A stretch of 64,000 bases of DNA, from the NCBI GenBank assembly GCA_938083005.1, contig CALKCU010000016.1, forward strand, positions 4,285 through 68,284. The letters are read 5' to 3'. Positions 28,241 through 36,994 of the stretch are shown here, one piece after another. How positions within the stretch are numbered: position 1 is the stretch's first letter; the number at the start of each line of letters is the position of its first letter. Origin of the DNA: an uncultured Sulfolobales archaeon (lineage in GTDB: Archaea; Thermoproteota; Thermoprotei_A; Sulfolobales; NBVN01). The position numbers and the translations under genes are program-made. The notes under the pieces are model-generated. The model was not told the origin of the DNA, did no database searches, and worked only from the letters and a program-made list of their open reading frames with translations.

Positions 28241-29658
28241 CCGATTCCCCCGTTCTCTCGGTGGCTAGGGTCCTGGGAGGGTACCTGGAGCTGCTGAACT
28301 CGGTGAGGATAAGGAGGGGTAAGCCGAGGCTCGAGCCCCGCAAGGGGGCCCTCTACGTGCTGAGGGTCTCTGCCGTACCGACCATAGCTGCTTTATCGGC
28401 TTCGTGCGCGGCACCGCTCCTCCGCAATCCGGGTCTGATCTACTACGCGATCCCCGCGGCGGTCCTCACACTCCTTCTGGCGCCCCTAGCTGCGGAGTAC
28501 CTGCTCTACCTCGGCTACGTGAGGAACTTGGGGGAGGACCTAGCGTACTTCATGATGCTAGAGGGGGTGAGCCCCGGTGACGACCTGCTGAGGGACCTGG
28601 AGGAGGAGTCTAGGTCTCTGTGCTCGTTTCTCCCAGCGTTGTGCAACGAGTGCTCCAGGCTCAGACTGTTCACCAGGTTCTTCCCCGGCGCGAGGGGCGT
28701 CAGAGAGTACGTTTCGAGAGCCCCGAGGCCGATGAGGAAGCTGCTCCTGGAGTACATGGTGGTCCGCGAGAGCGCCGATCTCGGCTCGTGGCTCTACGGC
28801 AAGTTTCGGGAGGTCCTCCGAGAGCTCAAGAACTCCGCGAGAAGCTCGCTGGAGCTCAAGACCCTCCTGAGCCTGGCCGCGGTCGTGTTCAACGGCCTCT
28901 CGCCCCCCCTGATCGCCCTCGCGACGGCACTGAGCAGCGCGGAGACCCCTCACGCCTACCTAATCATAGCAGCGCCCGCTGCTGCCCTGGTCGCGGCGGA
29001 GGGGTTGGCTCCCAGGTTACTGAAGGTGTCCTCCGAGAGTAGGGAGCTCGGGTACCTGGCCCCCCTACTGATGGCGCCTCTCCTCTCGCTCCCTCTGCTT
29101 GGACCCAGGACCTCGGCTACTCTGCTGGGCCTCCTCCTCACCGCTCTGGGAGCAGTCGCGACTGCGAGGTACGCTAAAGCGTACTCGGTCGTCATGTCGC
29201 TGCCGTCCCGGCTAGTCGTCCTGGCGGACAAGATACCCTACTCCAGCAACCCCAAGAGGTTAGTGGAGGAGAGCCTGGCTGACGCGCACGGCCGCGGCGT
29301 CCTCCCCTCCCTCTGCTACCACATGCTCCTGAGGTCCGTAAAGCAGGGGAGCGTGGACACGGTCAGAGTGATCGCGTTTAAAGATATAGTCGAGGAGCTC
29401 TTCTCCCTGGTAAAGCAGGGCACCGCGGTGAGGATCCTGGTCCTGGTCACGGCACTCTCCCAGCCCTTCATCTTCAGCTTCTCGACGTCCCTGGTCGCAG
29501 CGCTGGGGCTGGCGAGCGGGGGGATCGGCATCTACGGCCTCGCGTCGTCCCTCCTCTATAGCTCGGTCGCGACGTTCGCCGTCTTCGGCACCTTCAAGAA
29601 CACACTCCTAGCGGGACTGGTGCTGCTGGAGCTCTGCGCGCTCGGTGTGGCTCCGTGA
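28231..29658 (+). CDS. polytopic membrane protein, FlaJ/TadC/PilC-like platform (tentative)
   Basis: 475 aa with two repeats of a soluble helical segment followed by TM helices. Start overlaps the ATPase stop by 10 nt. Confidence 0.6.
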   Translation: MGLADSPVLSVARVLGGYLELLNSVRIRRGKPRLEPRKGALYVLRVSAVPTIAALSASCAAPLLRNPGLIYYAIPAAVLTLLLAPLAAEYLLYLGYVRNLGEDLAYFMMLEGVSPGDDLLRDLEEESRSLCSFLPALCNECSRLRLFTRFFPGARGVREYVSRAPRPMRKLLLEYMVVRESADLGSWLYGKFREVLRELKNSARSSLELKTLLSLAAVVFNGLSPPLIALATALSSAETPHAYLIIAAPAAALVAAEGLAPRLLKVSSESRELGYLAPLLMAPLLSLPLLGPRTSATLLGLLLTALGAVATARYAKAYSVVMSLPSRLVVLADKIPYSSNPKRLVEESLADAHGRGVLPSLCYHMLLRSVKQGSVDTVRVIAFKDIVEELFSLVKQGTAVRILVLVTALSQPFIFSFSTSLVAALGLASGGIGIYGLASSLLYSSVATFAVFGTFKNTLLAGLVLLELCALGVAP

Positions 29659-31721
29659 TGGTCCCTCTCGTGACCAGGATAGTGAAGCTGGACGAGGTTC
29701 TCGGCAAGCTGGGACCAGTCGATGGCGTGGAGCTGCTCAGGAGCGCGCAGGGCAGACCCGCGCTTAGGGTTGTAAGTGACGGAAGTGCTCGCTTCTACTC
29801 CCTCGATGAGGAGCCCCTGCTGGTGGCGACCATAGGCTCCCCACCGTCGGTCCTGAGCGTAGGCGGGGTCCGCGTTGAGGGCTCCGGTCACGAGGTGTCC
29901 CTCACAGCCGGGGGGAGGGTGTTCCGGGGCAGCGGGCTAGTCGGGGAGTCCGGGACTCTGGCCTACTTCATCGTATGCAGGAGGAGCAGGTGCCGCGCTG
30001 GAGTGGTCGACCTCGTCGACGGGCTCGTCAGGCTCTACGACGTAGATGGCCTGCGCCCCGCGGACCTCCGGGGCTTCGCGGTCAGCGCGGGTGCGGAGGG
30101 CTTCTCCGTAGCCAACAGGTCTTTAACCATCTCCGTGTCCACTAGTGGAGTGGAGCTACTGCCGGGGTTCTTCAGGTTCATCGCGAGCTGCCCGACCGGG
30201 GACTACCTGGTGGACCGGGAGGGGTTCCTAGTGAGGGTCAGGAGAGGAATCATCGATGTCCTCGGTAGAGTGGTAGAGCCTGTCTCGGCGGCATGCCTGA
30301 GCGACGGAGTAGTCGTGGCAGACAGAGAGGGCCTCAAGGTCGTGAGATACGGTGCCTACACCACCGTACTCAAGGAGGCGGTCAGGGAGCTATCCTCGTT
30401 CAGGGACGTGGTCTCCGCCGTGAGTAGGGCGGGAGTGGTCAGAATACTGAGCGGCAAGGACTCCTACGTTCTCGACTCTCCCCTGCTGAGATCGTGCAAG
30501 TCGACTAGGAGGGGGGTCGCCTGCCTCACCGAGGACTCCATCGTCTTCCTGGACCCGGAGGTCCGCATCGAGGTGGAGGTGGACGTCGCTGGCGGCAACG
30601 AGGGAGAGCCGGTAGAGCTGAGGGTCAAGCCATGGTTCGAGAGCTGCCGCCTCTCGATCGCCCCAAAGCTCATCGGGATCCTAGACAGGGTCGTAGACGA
30701 CGGGGCGCTCCGCGCTAGGATATACCCGAGGATCCTGGGGTGGGAGGGCTACGTCAGGGTCACCGTGGAGTGTCCCACCTACTGTCGGAGCGTCGACGAG
30801 TACGTCAAGTTCGGTAGCCTAGAGCTGGGGGAGGTCCTCGAGAAGTACGTCGCCGTGGTCAAGTCGGGGAGGATTCTGGGGAGCGTAGACCACAACTGCC
30901 TCGGCCGAACAACCTTTAGGGTCCTCAGCGGCTTCCCGCTACCCGTCCCCCTCAGAGTGACAGCAACAGGTCTCGAGGGGGCTAGCGTCACGCTCAGCAG
31001 AGACGTGGTAGTCCCCGGGCTCAACGAGGTCTCTGTGAGGCTCACGGGGAAGTGCTCCGGCGACGGCGGAGTGTTCGTAAAGCTGACCAGCGGTCCGGGA
31101 GTTGTCGAGCCCGAGGAGATAGCGACGATCTACATAGACCCCGGGGAGTTCAGGGTCATCGAGTGGAGACCCGACGAGGAGGTCTCGATCTCCAGTGAGG
31201 GCCCCGGGAGCGTGGTAAGAGCGCCGGACTCCTACCTGAGGCTCTACTGCTCGAACGGGAGGACATTCGAGGGGCGTGATAGCATCGCTGTGGAGGACTG
31301 CGAAGAGCCCGCCCTACTCGATGTAGCTAAGGTCTTAAGCGAGGGCGGCGAGGCGTTCGAGCTCAGAGCGGGGAGAGTCCTCAGGGACGCCGTTCGGAGA
31401 TGCCTTAGCGGTTCCGGGAGTGCTAGAGTCGTCGCCGGGGGGTTCTACGCGGACTGCGGCAAATACGAGGTCACCGCCGGCGAGGACCTCCGCTTGAGGA
31501 TGGAGTACGAGAGCGGCTACAGGGTCTCCGTCTACCTCGGCAACGCTAGGGCGCGCGAGCTGAGGCTCAACCCGCTCTACCTGCTGACGGGGTTCTCCGT
31601 CGGCCTGGGCCCGGGCAGAGTGGAAGTGGACTGGAGGAGCGTGTTCAGGCTGGCCCTCTGGACAGCCTTGTCGATAGGGCGTTACGTAGAGGAGCTAGTC
31701 CATGGACGAAGGGACTTATGA
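29655..31721 (+). CDS. hypothetical protein (688 aa), operon member
   Basis: Long ORF coupled to neighbours (4-nt overlap upstream, 20-nt overlap downstream). No recognisable motif, signal peptide or clear TM helix. Confidence 0.7.
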   Translation: MMVPLVTRIVKLDEVLGKLGPVDGVELLRSAQGRPALRVVSDGSARFYSLDEEPLLVATIGSPPSVLSVGGVRVEGSGHEVSLTAGGRVFRGSGLVGESGTLAYFIVCRRSRCRAGVVDLVDGLVRLYDVDGLRPADLRGFAVSAGAEGFSVANRSLTISVSTSGVELLPGFFRFIASCPTGDYLVDREGFLVRVRRGIIDVLGRVVEPVSAACLSDGVVVADREGLKVVRYGAYTTVLKEAVRELSSFRDVVSAVSRAGVVRILSGKDSYVLDSPLLRSCKSTRRGVACLTEDSIVFLDPEVRIEVEVDVAGGNEGEPVELRVKPWFESCRLSIAPKLIGILDRVVDDGALRARIYPRILGWEGYVRVTVECPTYCRSVDEYVKFGSLELGEVLEKYVAVVKSGRILGSVDHNCLGRTTFRVLSGFPLPVPLRVTATGLEGASVTLSRDVVVPGLNEVSVRLTGKCSGDGGVFVKLTSGPGVVEPEEIATIYIDPGEFRVIEWRPDEEVSISSEGPGSVVRAPDSYLRLYCSNGRTFEGRDSIAVEDCEEPALLDVAKVLSEGGEAFELRAGRVLRDAVRRCLSGSGSARVVAGGFYADCGKYEVTAGEDLRLRMEYESGYRVSVYLGNARARELRLNPLYLLTGFSVGLGPGRVEVDWRSVFRLALWTALSIGRYVEELVHGRRDL

Positions 31722-33405
31722 GCTTAGAGACGGGCTCCTGGTGTACAGGGGAGACGCCGAGGTATGTGTCAAGAGAGTGACTAAGGTATCGAACGTGAGC
31801 ACCGCGGTGCAGGACCTCGACGACCACGCCGCGGTGAGGTACGTCAAGGCGTACGCCAACGCCCTCAACCTCGGCTTCCCCCTGGAGTTCTACACTGCGG
31901 TGAGGCCTGTGGACAGGGTGGCGTTCGCAAAGAGTCTCGAAAAGGTCATAACCGAGAGCATGATCGTTTACGAGGTCAATCCGTTCAAGTACGATAGCAA
32001 GATAAGGGCGGCGAGAGCCAGGCAGCTGAGGAACAGAGTCCTCGAGGACTCCGTCCAGCCCTTCGAGGTCGAGGTCTACGTGGCCGTCTCCTCCTGCGCC
32101 GAGGACTTCGAGACCGCTCTGGAGGCTCTGAGGACCAGGCTGAGGGTCCTGAGGAGCACGCTGAGTACCCTGGGGGTGGATCTCGAGGAGGTCGACGCGG
32201 GGAGAGTGATCACCAAGCTGGCCCTAGCCGAGATGCCCCAGCGGAGGCGCGGTCTCCTCCGCAGAGTGGTCGATAGGCTCAAGAGGAAGATAGTCGCGGT
32301 GGACTTAGTCTCGGTACCGGTCTTTACGTTCATCCCCCTGCTGGGGCGAGCGAGGCCCTCCCTGAGGTCCTCGGGGGTAAGGCTGGGGGTGGACCTGGAG
32401 AGTGGAGAGGAGGTCTACTGGAACCCGGACGAGGCTACGTCTCCCCATGTGCTGGTGGTGGGGCCCTCCGGAATAGGCAAGACCACGTTCCTGGCCGAGC
32501 TCTCGCTATCCCTCAGCAGGGCCGGGCTCGGAGTGCTGGTCTTAGACCCGAAGAGCGAGTACGCCAAGCTCCTCGAATCGAAGGGCGGGAGGGCCTTCCG
32601 CTATGTCCTGGGCAGGGACGTCTCGCTGGGGCTCGTCGAGCTGCTGAGGAGAGTGCGCGACGCTCTCGGCAAGGATGTCGCGGAGGTGCTGCTGGACCTC
32701 GTGGCGGTCCACAGAGAGCTCGGTAGAAGAGAGGTCTTTCAGTGCCTCTATACGGCCTTGAGTAGCATCGGTGGGATCCCGGAGAGCGGGGATCTAGAGC
32801 TCGTGGACTCTCTGAAGAGGTTCTCTAGGTACTGCCCCGAGGAGTACTCGGAGTACGCCACCGGCAAGGTGCTCTCGACGCTGGCGGCGGTGTCCGGGGG
32901 GAGGCGGGGGCTGATAAGCCTGCTAGGGGAGCTTGACGGAGTGAACATCGTGGACGTCTCGGTAGCCCTCTCCGTGGACCCCTACGTGCTGCCCATGCTA
33001 CTGAAGGTCCTCTCGATGGCCGTGAGGCTCCTGCCCAGCGGATCCCCGGAGAGGTCTAGGTACCGGAGAATGCTTGTGGTGGACGAGGCCTGGACCGTGC
33101 TCAGGGACAGATCTCTGGAGGTGGTAGAGGAGCTCATAAGGATCGGGAGGAGCTTCGGCACTGTGGTGGCGCTGGCTACGCAGGCGATAAGGGACTTCAC
33201 CGAGGTCCTGGGACCCCTAGTCGACAACCTCGGTCTACTCGTGGTGCTCCCCTCAACGAGCGCCGAGTACTGGGAAGAGGTCAGAAGGATGCTAAGGGCG
33301 AGCGGAGAGCGCGTAGAGAGGATGAGGACCCTCGGGAGGGGCTACGCTCTAGTGAGGATGGCCCCCGATCCCAGGGCTCTCCTAGTTAAGCTAGACCACC
33401 GCTAA
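31702..33405 (+). CDS. VirB4/HerA-superfamily (DUF87-like) ATPase
   Basis: Walker A VLVVGPSGIGKTTFL and Walker B RMLVVDEAWTVL. The DEAW motif is characteristic of VirB4/TrbE/CedB-type ATPases. 567 aa. Confidence 0.7.
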   Translation: MDEGTYELRDGLLVYRGDAEVCVKRVTKVSNVSTAVQDLDDHAAVRYVKAYANALNLGFPLEFYTAVRPVDRVAFAKSLEKVITESMIVYEVNPFKYDSKIRAARARQLRNRVLEDSVQPFEVEVYVAVSSCAEDFETALEALRTRLRVLRSTLSTLGVDLEEVDAGRVITKLALAEMPQRRRGLLRRVVDRLKRKIVAVDLVSVPVFTFIPLLGRARPSLRSSGVRLGVDLESGEEVYWNPDEATSPHVLVVGPSGIGKTTFLAELSLSLSRAGLGVLVLDPKSEYAKLLESKGGRAFRYVLGRDVSLGLVELLRRVRDALGKDVAEVLLDLVAVHRELGRREVFQCLYTALSSIGGIPESGDLELVDSLKRFSRYCPEEYSEYATGKVLSTLAAVSGGRRGLISLLGELDGVNIVDVSVALSVDPYVLPMLLKVLSMAVRLLPSGSPERSRYRRMLVVDEAWTVLRDRSLEVVEELIRIGRSFGTVVALATQAIRDFTEVLGPLVDNLGLLVVLPSTSAEYWEEVRRMLRASGERVERMRTLGRGYALVRMAPDPRALLVKLDHR

Positions 33406-33520
33406 GAGCTCGGACTCCGCGGGCTCTCCCGAGCGTCGGGAGAGCCGGGAGACCGGGCACTGTCGTGACACGGAGGGGTTGTAAAAGGTTATAAGGTCGG
33501 AGCATTAGGAGGTCTCTGGT

Positions 33521-33594
33521 GCCGGGGTAGCTCAGCAAGGTAGAGCGCCGGGCTGTTAACCCGGTGGTCGGAGGTTCGAGTCCTCCCCCCGGCG
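33521..33594 (+). tRNA. tRNA-Asn (anticodon GTT)
   Basis: Acceptor GCCGGGG/CCCCGGC, anticodon arm CCGGG-CTGTTAA-CCCGG, T arm GGAGG-TTCGAGT-CCTCC. CCA is encoded at 33595-33597. TATA box aaggttataagg lies about 28 nt upstream. Confidence 0.9.
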
Positions 33595-33767
33595 CCATTC
33601 GGCGACGCCGCGTACAAGCTCTCTGCCCGGGAACAAGGCTCTAGTTCGCCTGGGGCTGGCGGGCTCGGGGCTTCTGAGAAAACCTAGAGCCTAAGAGGGA
33701 GGACCCCAGTCTATGGGGGTTCGGGAGAGCAAAAACGGTTTGGGAGTTCTCGAGCTGGACCGCCAGG

Positions 33768-33947
33768 TTAAGCCGGGTAGTCCTCGGGAACCTTGGCCCT
33801 GAAGTACTTCCCGCTAGGGCTCTTGAACAGACCTATCTTGACTCCCTTCCTACCCTTGGGAGCTAGGGTCCAGACCTTCTCCGGTACCAGCTCTAGCTCC
33901 TGCCCTGTGTGCGGGTCCTTCACCTTAACAGGGGGCTTCTTGCTCAT
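33768..33947 (-). CDS. cren7: chromatin protein Cren7
   Basis: 59-aa ORF below the track cutoff. Hand translation [59 protein letters not shown] is nearly colinear with Sulfolobus Cren7 (from memory). An AT-rich promoter region lies upstream. Confidence 0.9.
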   Translation of the reverse strand: MSKKPPVKVKDPHTGQELELVPEKVWTLAPKGRKGVKIGLFKSPSGKYFRAKVPEDYPA

Positions 33948-34193
33948 TTACTTTTTCACCATCACCGTGCTATCCTCGACGTTATTAAACTTTGCACAAC
34001 TACTTCAGGTAGGAGCTCGGGATCTACATAGAATTTACATCAAAGTTCATCTGAAGCATTATATCAAATAGAAACCGGGGCATACTTGCGTCGAGACCCT
34101 TCCTCCGATAGCGGATTACTTCAGCTGATGAAAAAACTCAAGGCGGTAAGGTAACGTAGTACCGCATCCCCTCTCCACGTTGGTCGCCCGGAG

Positions 34194-34757
34194 CTACCGC
34201 TGGGACCACAGGTACTCGCTCAGCCTCCTGAGGATCACCTGAGCGTCGCTGAATAGTCTAGCCCTAGACTCGACCAGCTCCCTGTCCAGCTTGAGCCTCC
34301 GGCTCCTCGCGAGCCCCCCGATGCTCCTCAGAGCCTCCAGGTCCTCGGTCCTCCCGGCGACGGCCTTCAGAACAACGTAGTCCTCCGGCCTTACCGCTCT
34401 CACACTGGTCCCGAGGACGTCGTACTCGACCGCGCCCTCGATGATCTCGTCCGGTATATAGAAGTCGTAGAGGTTCTCGTAGAGATCCACCGTGACCTCG
34501 TAGCCGTCAACGAAGCAGGTGATGCTGGGGGTGCCGAGCCATGTGGACCCGAGGATGCAGCCTCGGCTCCTGGCCAGCTCCTCCAGGACGCTGTAGTTCA
34601 CCAGGACGGACGTGGAGGTCACGAAGAGGTCGACGTCCCCCTCGAAGCTCTCCCTGCCGAGCGCCAGCTCTACGGAGGTGCTACCGATCACTACACCGTC
34701 GATCCCCTCGGCCCGGAGCAGGCCGATCATCCTGCTCAGCGCCCTACTCGAAAACAC
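34194..34757 (-). CDS. nucleotidyltransferase-fold protein
   Basis: GSTSVELALGRESFEGDVDLFV fits the pol-beta-type NTase motif (G[ST]...D.D). 187 aa. Confidence 0.55.
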   Translation of the reverse strand: MFSSRALSRMIGLLRAEGIDGVVIGSTSVELALGRESFEGDVDLFVTSTSVLVNYSVLEELARSRGCILGSTWLGTPSITCFVDGYEVTVDLYENLYDFYIPDEIIEGAVEYDVLGTSVRAVRPEDYVVLKAVAGRTEDLEALRSIGGLARSRRLKLDRELVESRARLFSDAQVILRRLSEYLWSQR

Positions 34758-34891
34758 ACGTTCACCTGGCGCGTAGTACGCGTAGGGCTTAAAGAATCCA
34801 CGAGCGTGGAGCCGCGGCTTCCGAGAGTCCCCGGGCCGCCCAGACCTCGGTCCGCTCGGAAGAACGGTCTCCCTCCGCGTTGCGCGTGTCG

Positions 34892-35059
34892 CTACTTCTT
34901 CACTCCTATCCTCTTCCTCTTAGGCCTAAGGTTGCGGCTCCTGCACCTCCTACACTTGGTCGCTCCGGGGGGGTTCTTGGCTCCGCACTTCCTGCATATC
35001 AGCTTGTTCAGTACCCTCTCCTCGACTATCTTGAGGAGCGCCGGGTCGGTGATGGGCAT
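34892..35059 (-). CDS. rpl40e: 50S ribosomal protein L40e
   Basis: 55-aa ORF below the track cutoff: [55 protein letters not shown], with a Zn-ribbon CxxC...CxxC and a basic tail. Confidence 0.9.
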   Translation of the reverse strand: MPITDPALLKIVEERVLNKLICRKCGAKNPPGATKCRRCRSRNLRPKRKRIGVKK

Positions 35060-35145
35060 CCGCTACCCCACCTTTACGAGAGGATTACACTTAAAAGTTT
35101 AAGCCACGGAATATACGATAGACAGCCCAGCGGAGATGGTAAGGG

Positions 35146-35667
35146 TTGAAGATACCCCTGGACCACCTCTGCGTGAGGTCCGGCGTGCTGTGTCCTAGGT
35201 GCGAGTCGCTAGTCAGGAGCGGCATCGTAACGGAGCTTGACGTAGAGGTGATGAGGCTCCTCCTCAAGGCGGAGGGGATGCCCGATTTCAGGTTCCTGCG
35301 GGATTCCGAGTACGTGAGGTCGGCGAACCTCGGGAGCGTTCTCGTCGTGCAGATCAGCATGCCGCCCAACGCCGTCGACAGCAGGGCCCTCCTGAAGCTG
35401 TCCAGGCACTTAGAGGGTCAGCTGAACGTAAGGGTCAGAGTGGTAGACGCCAGGAACTCTAGCGCGAAGGACCTCGTGAGAAACGTCATCCAGCCCGCTA
35501 GGGTCCTGGGCGTGAACACGCTCTGGCTCCCCGACGGCTCGATGGAGTACGTGGTCAGAATACCGAGGTCCGACATAAAGCACCTCCCGGCGCCCCAGGA
35601 AGACGTAGAACACCTCCTCTCGCAGATGGTCGGGGTCAACGTGAGGATAAGGGTGGTGGAGAGCTGA
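35146..35667 (+). CDS. conserved archaeal Zn-ribbon protein, possibly KH/NusA-like RNA binding (uncertain)
   Basis: [29 protein letters not shown]-terminal CxxxxxCxxC element. 173 aa. Product assignment is weak. Confidence 0.5.
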   Translation: MKIPLDHLCVRSGVLCPRCESLVRSGIVTELDVEVMRLLLKAEGMPDFRFLRDSEYVRSANLGSVLVVQISMPPNAVDSRALLKLSRHLEGQLNVRVRVVDARNSSAKDLVRNVIQPARVLGVNTLWLPDGSMEYVVRIPRSDIKHLPAPQEDVEHLLSQMVGVNVRIRVVES

Positions 35668-35729
35668 CCGTCTACAGGACCCACGTCTCCTCCGAGCTCG
35701 GGCCTCACCTGGAGGGCTCCGAGGTTATT

Positions 35730-36959
35730 GTGGCCGGGTGGGTCCACGCAAAGAGGGACCTGGGGGGTAAGAAGTTCCTGCTCTTGAGGGACAGGGACGG
35801 TATCGTGCAGGTCGTCATAAGCAAGGACCAGAGGGAGCTGTGCGAGCTGTTCTACGAGCTCACCCTGGAGTCCGCCGTCTCGGTAGTCGGGAAAGTGAGG
35901 GCCGATGCTAGAGCGCCGGGAGGCTTCGAGGTGGTCCCGACCAGGATAGTGGTGCTCAACCTCGCTAGGGCCCCTCTGCCCCTGGACGTGAGCGGCAAGG
36001 TCCCAGCGGACGTCGATACGAGGTTCAGGGAGAGGGTCCTGGATCTTAGGAGGGAGGAGACCAAGGCCATGTTCAAGGTGCTATCCGTAGCCCTGAGGGC
36101 GATGAGGGAGGAGCTCTACAGTGCCGGCTTCGTAGAGGTCTTCACTCCGAAGATAGTCGCGACCGCGACGGAGGGAGGGGCTACCCTCTTCCCGGTCGCC
36201 TATTTCGGGCGCGAGGCCTACCTAGCGCAGAGTCCGCAGCTCTACAAGGAGCTGCTAGCGGGCGCGTTTGAGAGGGTCTTCGAGATAGCTCCGGCGTGGA
36301 GAGCTGAGGAGTCGGATACCCCCTACCACCTCGCCGAGTTTATATCCGTCGACGTCGAGATGGCGTTCGCAAACTACGAGGACGCCATGAGGATCCTCGA
36401 GAGGGTCGTAGCGAGGGCTGCGAGAGAGGTCAGGGAGGTAGCACCAAGGGAGCTCAGAGTGCTCGGCTACGAGCCTCCGGAAATCAGGCTGCCCGTGAGG
36501 AGGATCACTTACGCTGACGCTGCAAGGGTCCTAGCGGAAAGCGGGGAAAGGGTAGATCCCGGTGAGGATCTCTCCACACCTCACCTGAGGAGGCTCTCGG
36601 AGCTCGTAGGGGAGGAGGTCTACTTTATTGTCGACTGGCCCGATAAAACCAGGCCCTTCTACACGATGCCCAAAGACGACGGAGTCTTCAGCGAGTCGTT
36701 CGACTTTGTCTGGGGGCACCTCGAGATAGCCTCGGGGAGTACTAGGGTCCACCGGAAGGACCTGCTAGTGAAGAGGTTGAAGGAGAGAGGGCTCAACCCG
36801 GAAAACTTCGAGTTCTTCCTTAAGTGGTTCGACTACGGGATGCCTCCCCACGCCGGATGGGGGATGGGGCTAGCCAGGCTCGGGCTCATGCTGACCGGCG
36901 CCAAGAACGTCAGGGAGCTGGTAGCCTTTCCGAGGGACAAGAAGAGGCTCGTCCCGTGA
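35730..36959 (+). CDS. aspS: aspartyl-tRNA synthetase (archaeal type)
   Basis: [48 protein letters not shown] and [10 protein letters not shown] match archaeal AspRS. The conserved N-terminal YRTHVSSEL is encoded upstream of this GTG (in-frame CTG at 35664), so the true start is probably earlier. Confidence 0.9.
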   Translation: MAGWVHAKRDLGGKKFLLLRDRDGIVQVVISKDQRELCELFYELTLESAVSVVGKVRADARAPGGFEVVPTRIVVLNLARAPLPLDVSGKVPADVDTRFRERVLDLRREETKAMFKVLSVALRAMREELYSAGFVEVFTPKIVATATEGGATLFPVAYFGREAYLAQSPQLYKELLAGAFERVFEIAPAWRAEESDTPYHLAEFISVDVEMAFANYEDAMRILERVVARAAREVREVAPRELRVLGYEPPEIRLPVRRITYADAARVLAESGERVDPGEDLSTPHLRRLSELVGEEVYFIVDWPDKTRPFYTMPKDDGVFSESFDFVWGHLEIASGSTRVHRKDLLVKRLKERGLNPENFEFFLKWFDYGMPPHAGWGMGLARLGLMLTGAKNVRELVAFPRDKKRLVP

Positions 36960-36994
36960 GCGGCGGCTGACGATACTCGGGGACGACCTGTTCC

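Noticed and set aside
25067-33600. The idea that the pilus/VirB4 cluster is an integrated mobile element inserted at tRNA-Asn.
   Set aside because: I found no integrase, no partial duplicate of the tRNA-Asn 3' end on the far side (25067-25363), and no compositional difference from the flanks. The tRNA has its own promoter and looks merely adjacent.
33793-34071. 92-aa plus-strand ORF.
   Set aside because: Antisense to cren7 and running into its AT-rich promoter. The translation is low-complexity Leu/Phe/Ser.
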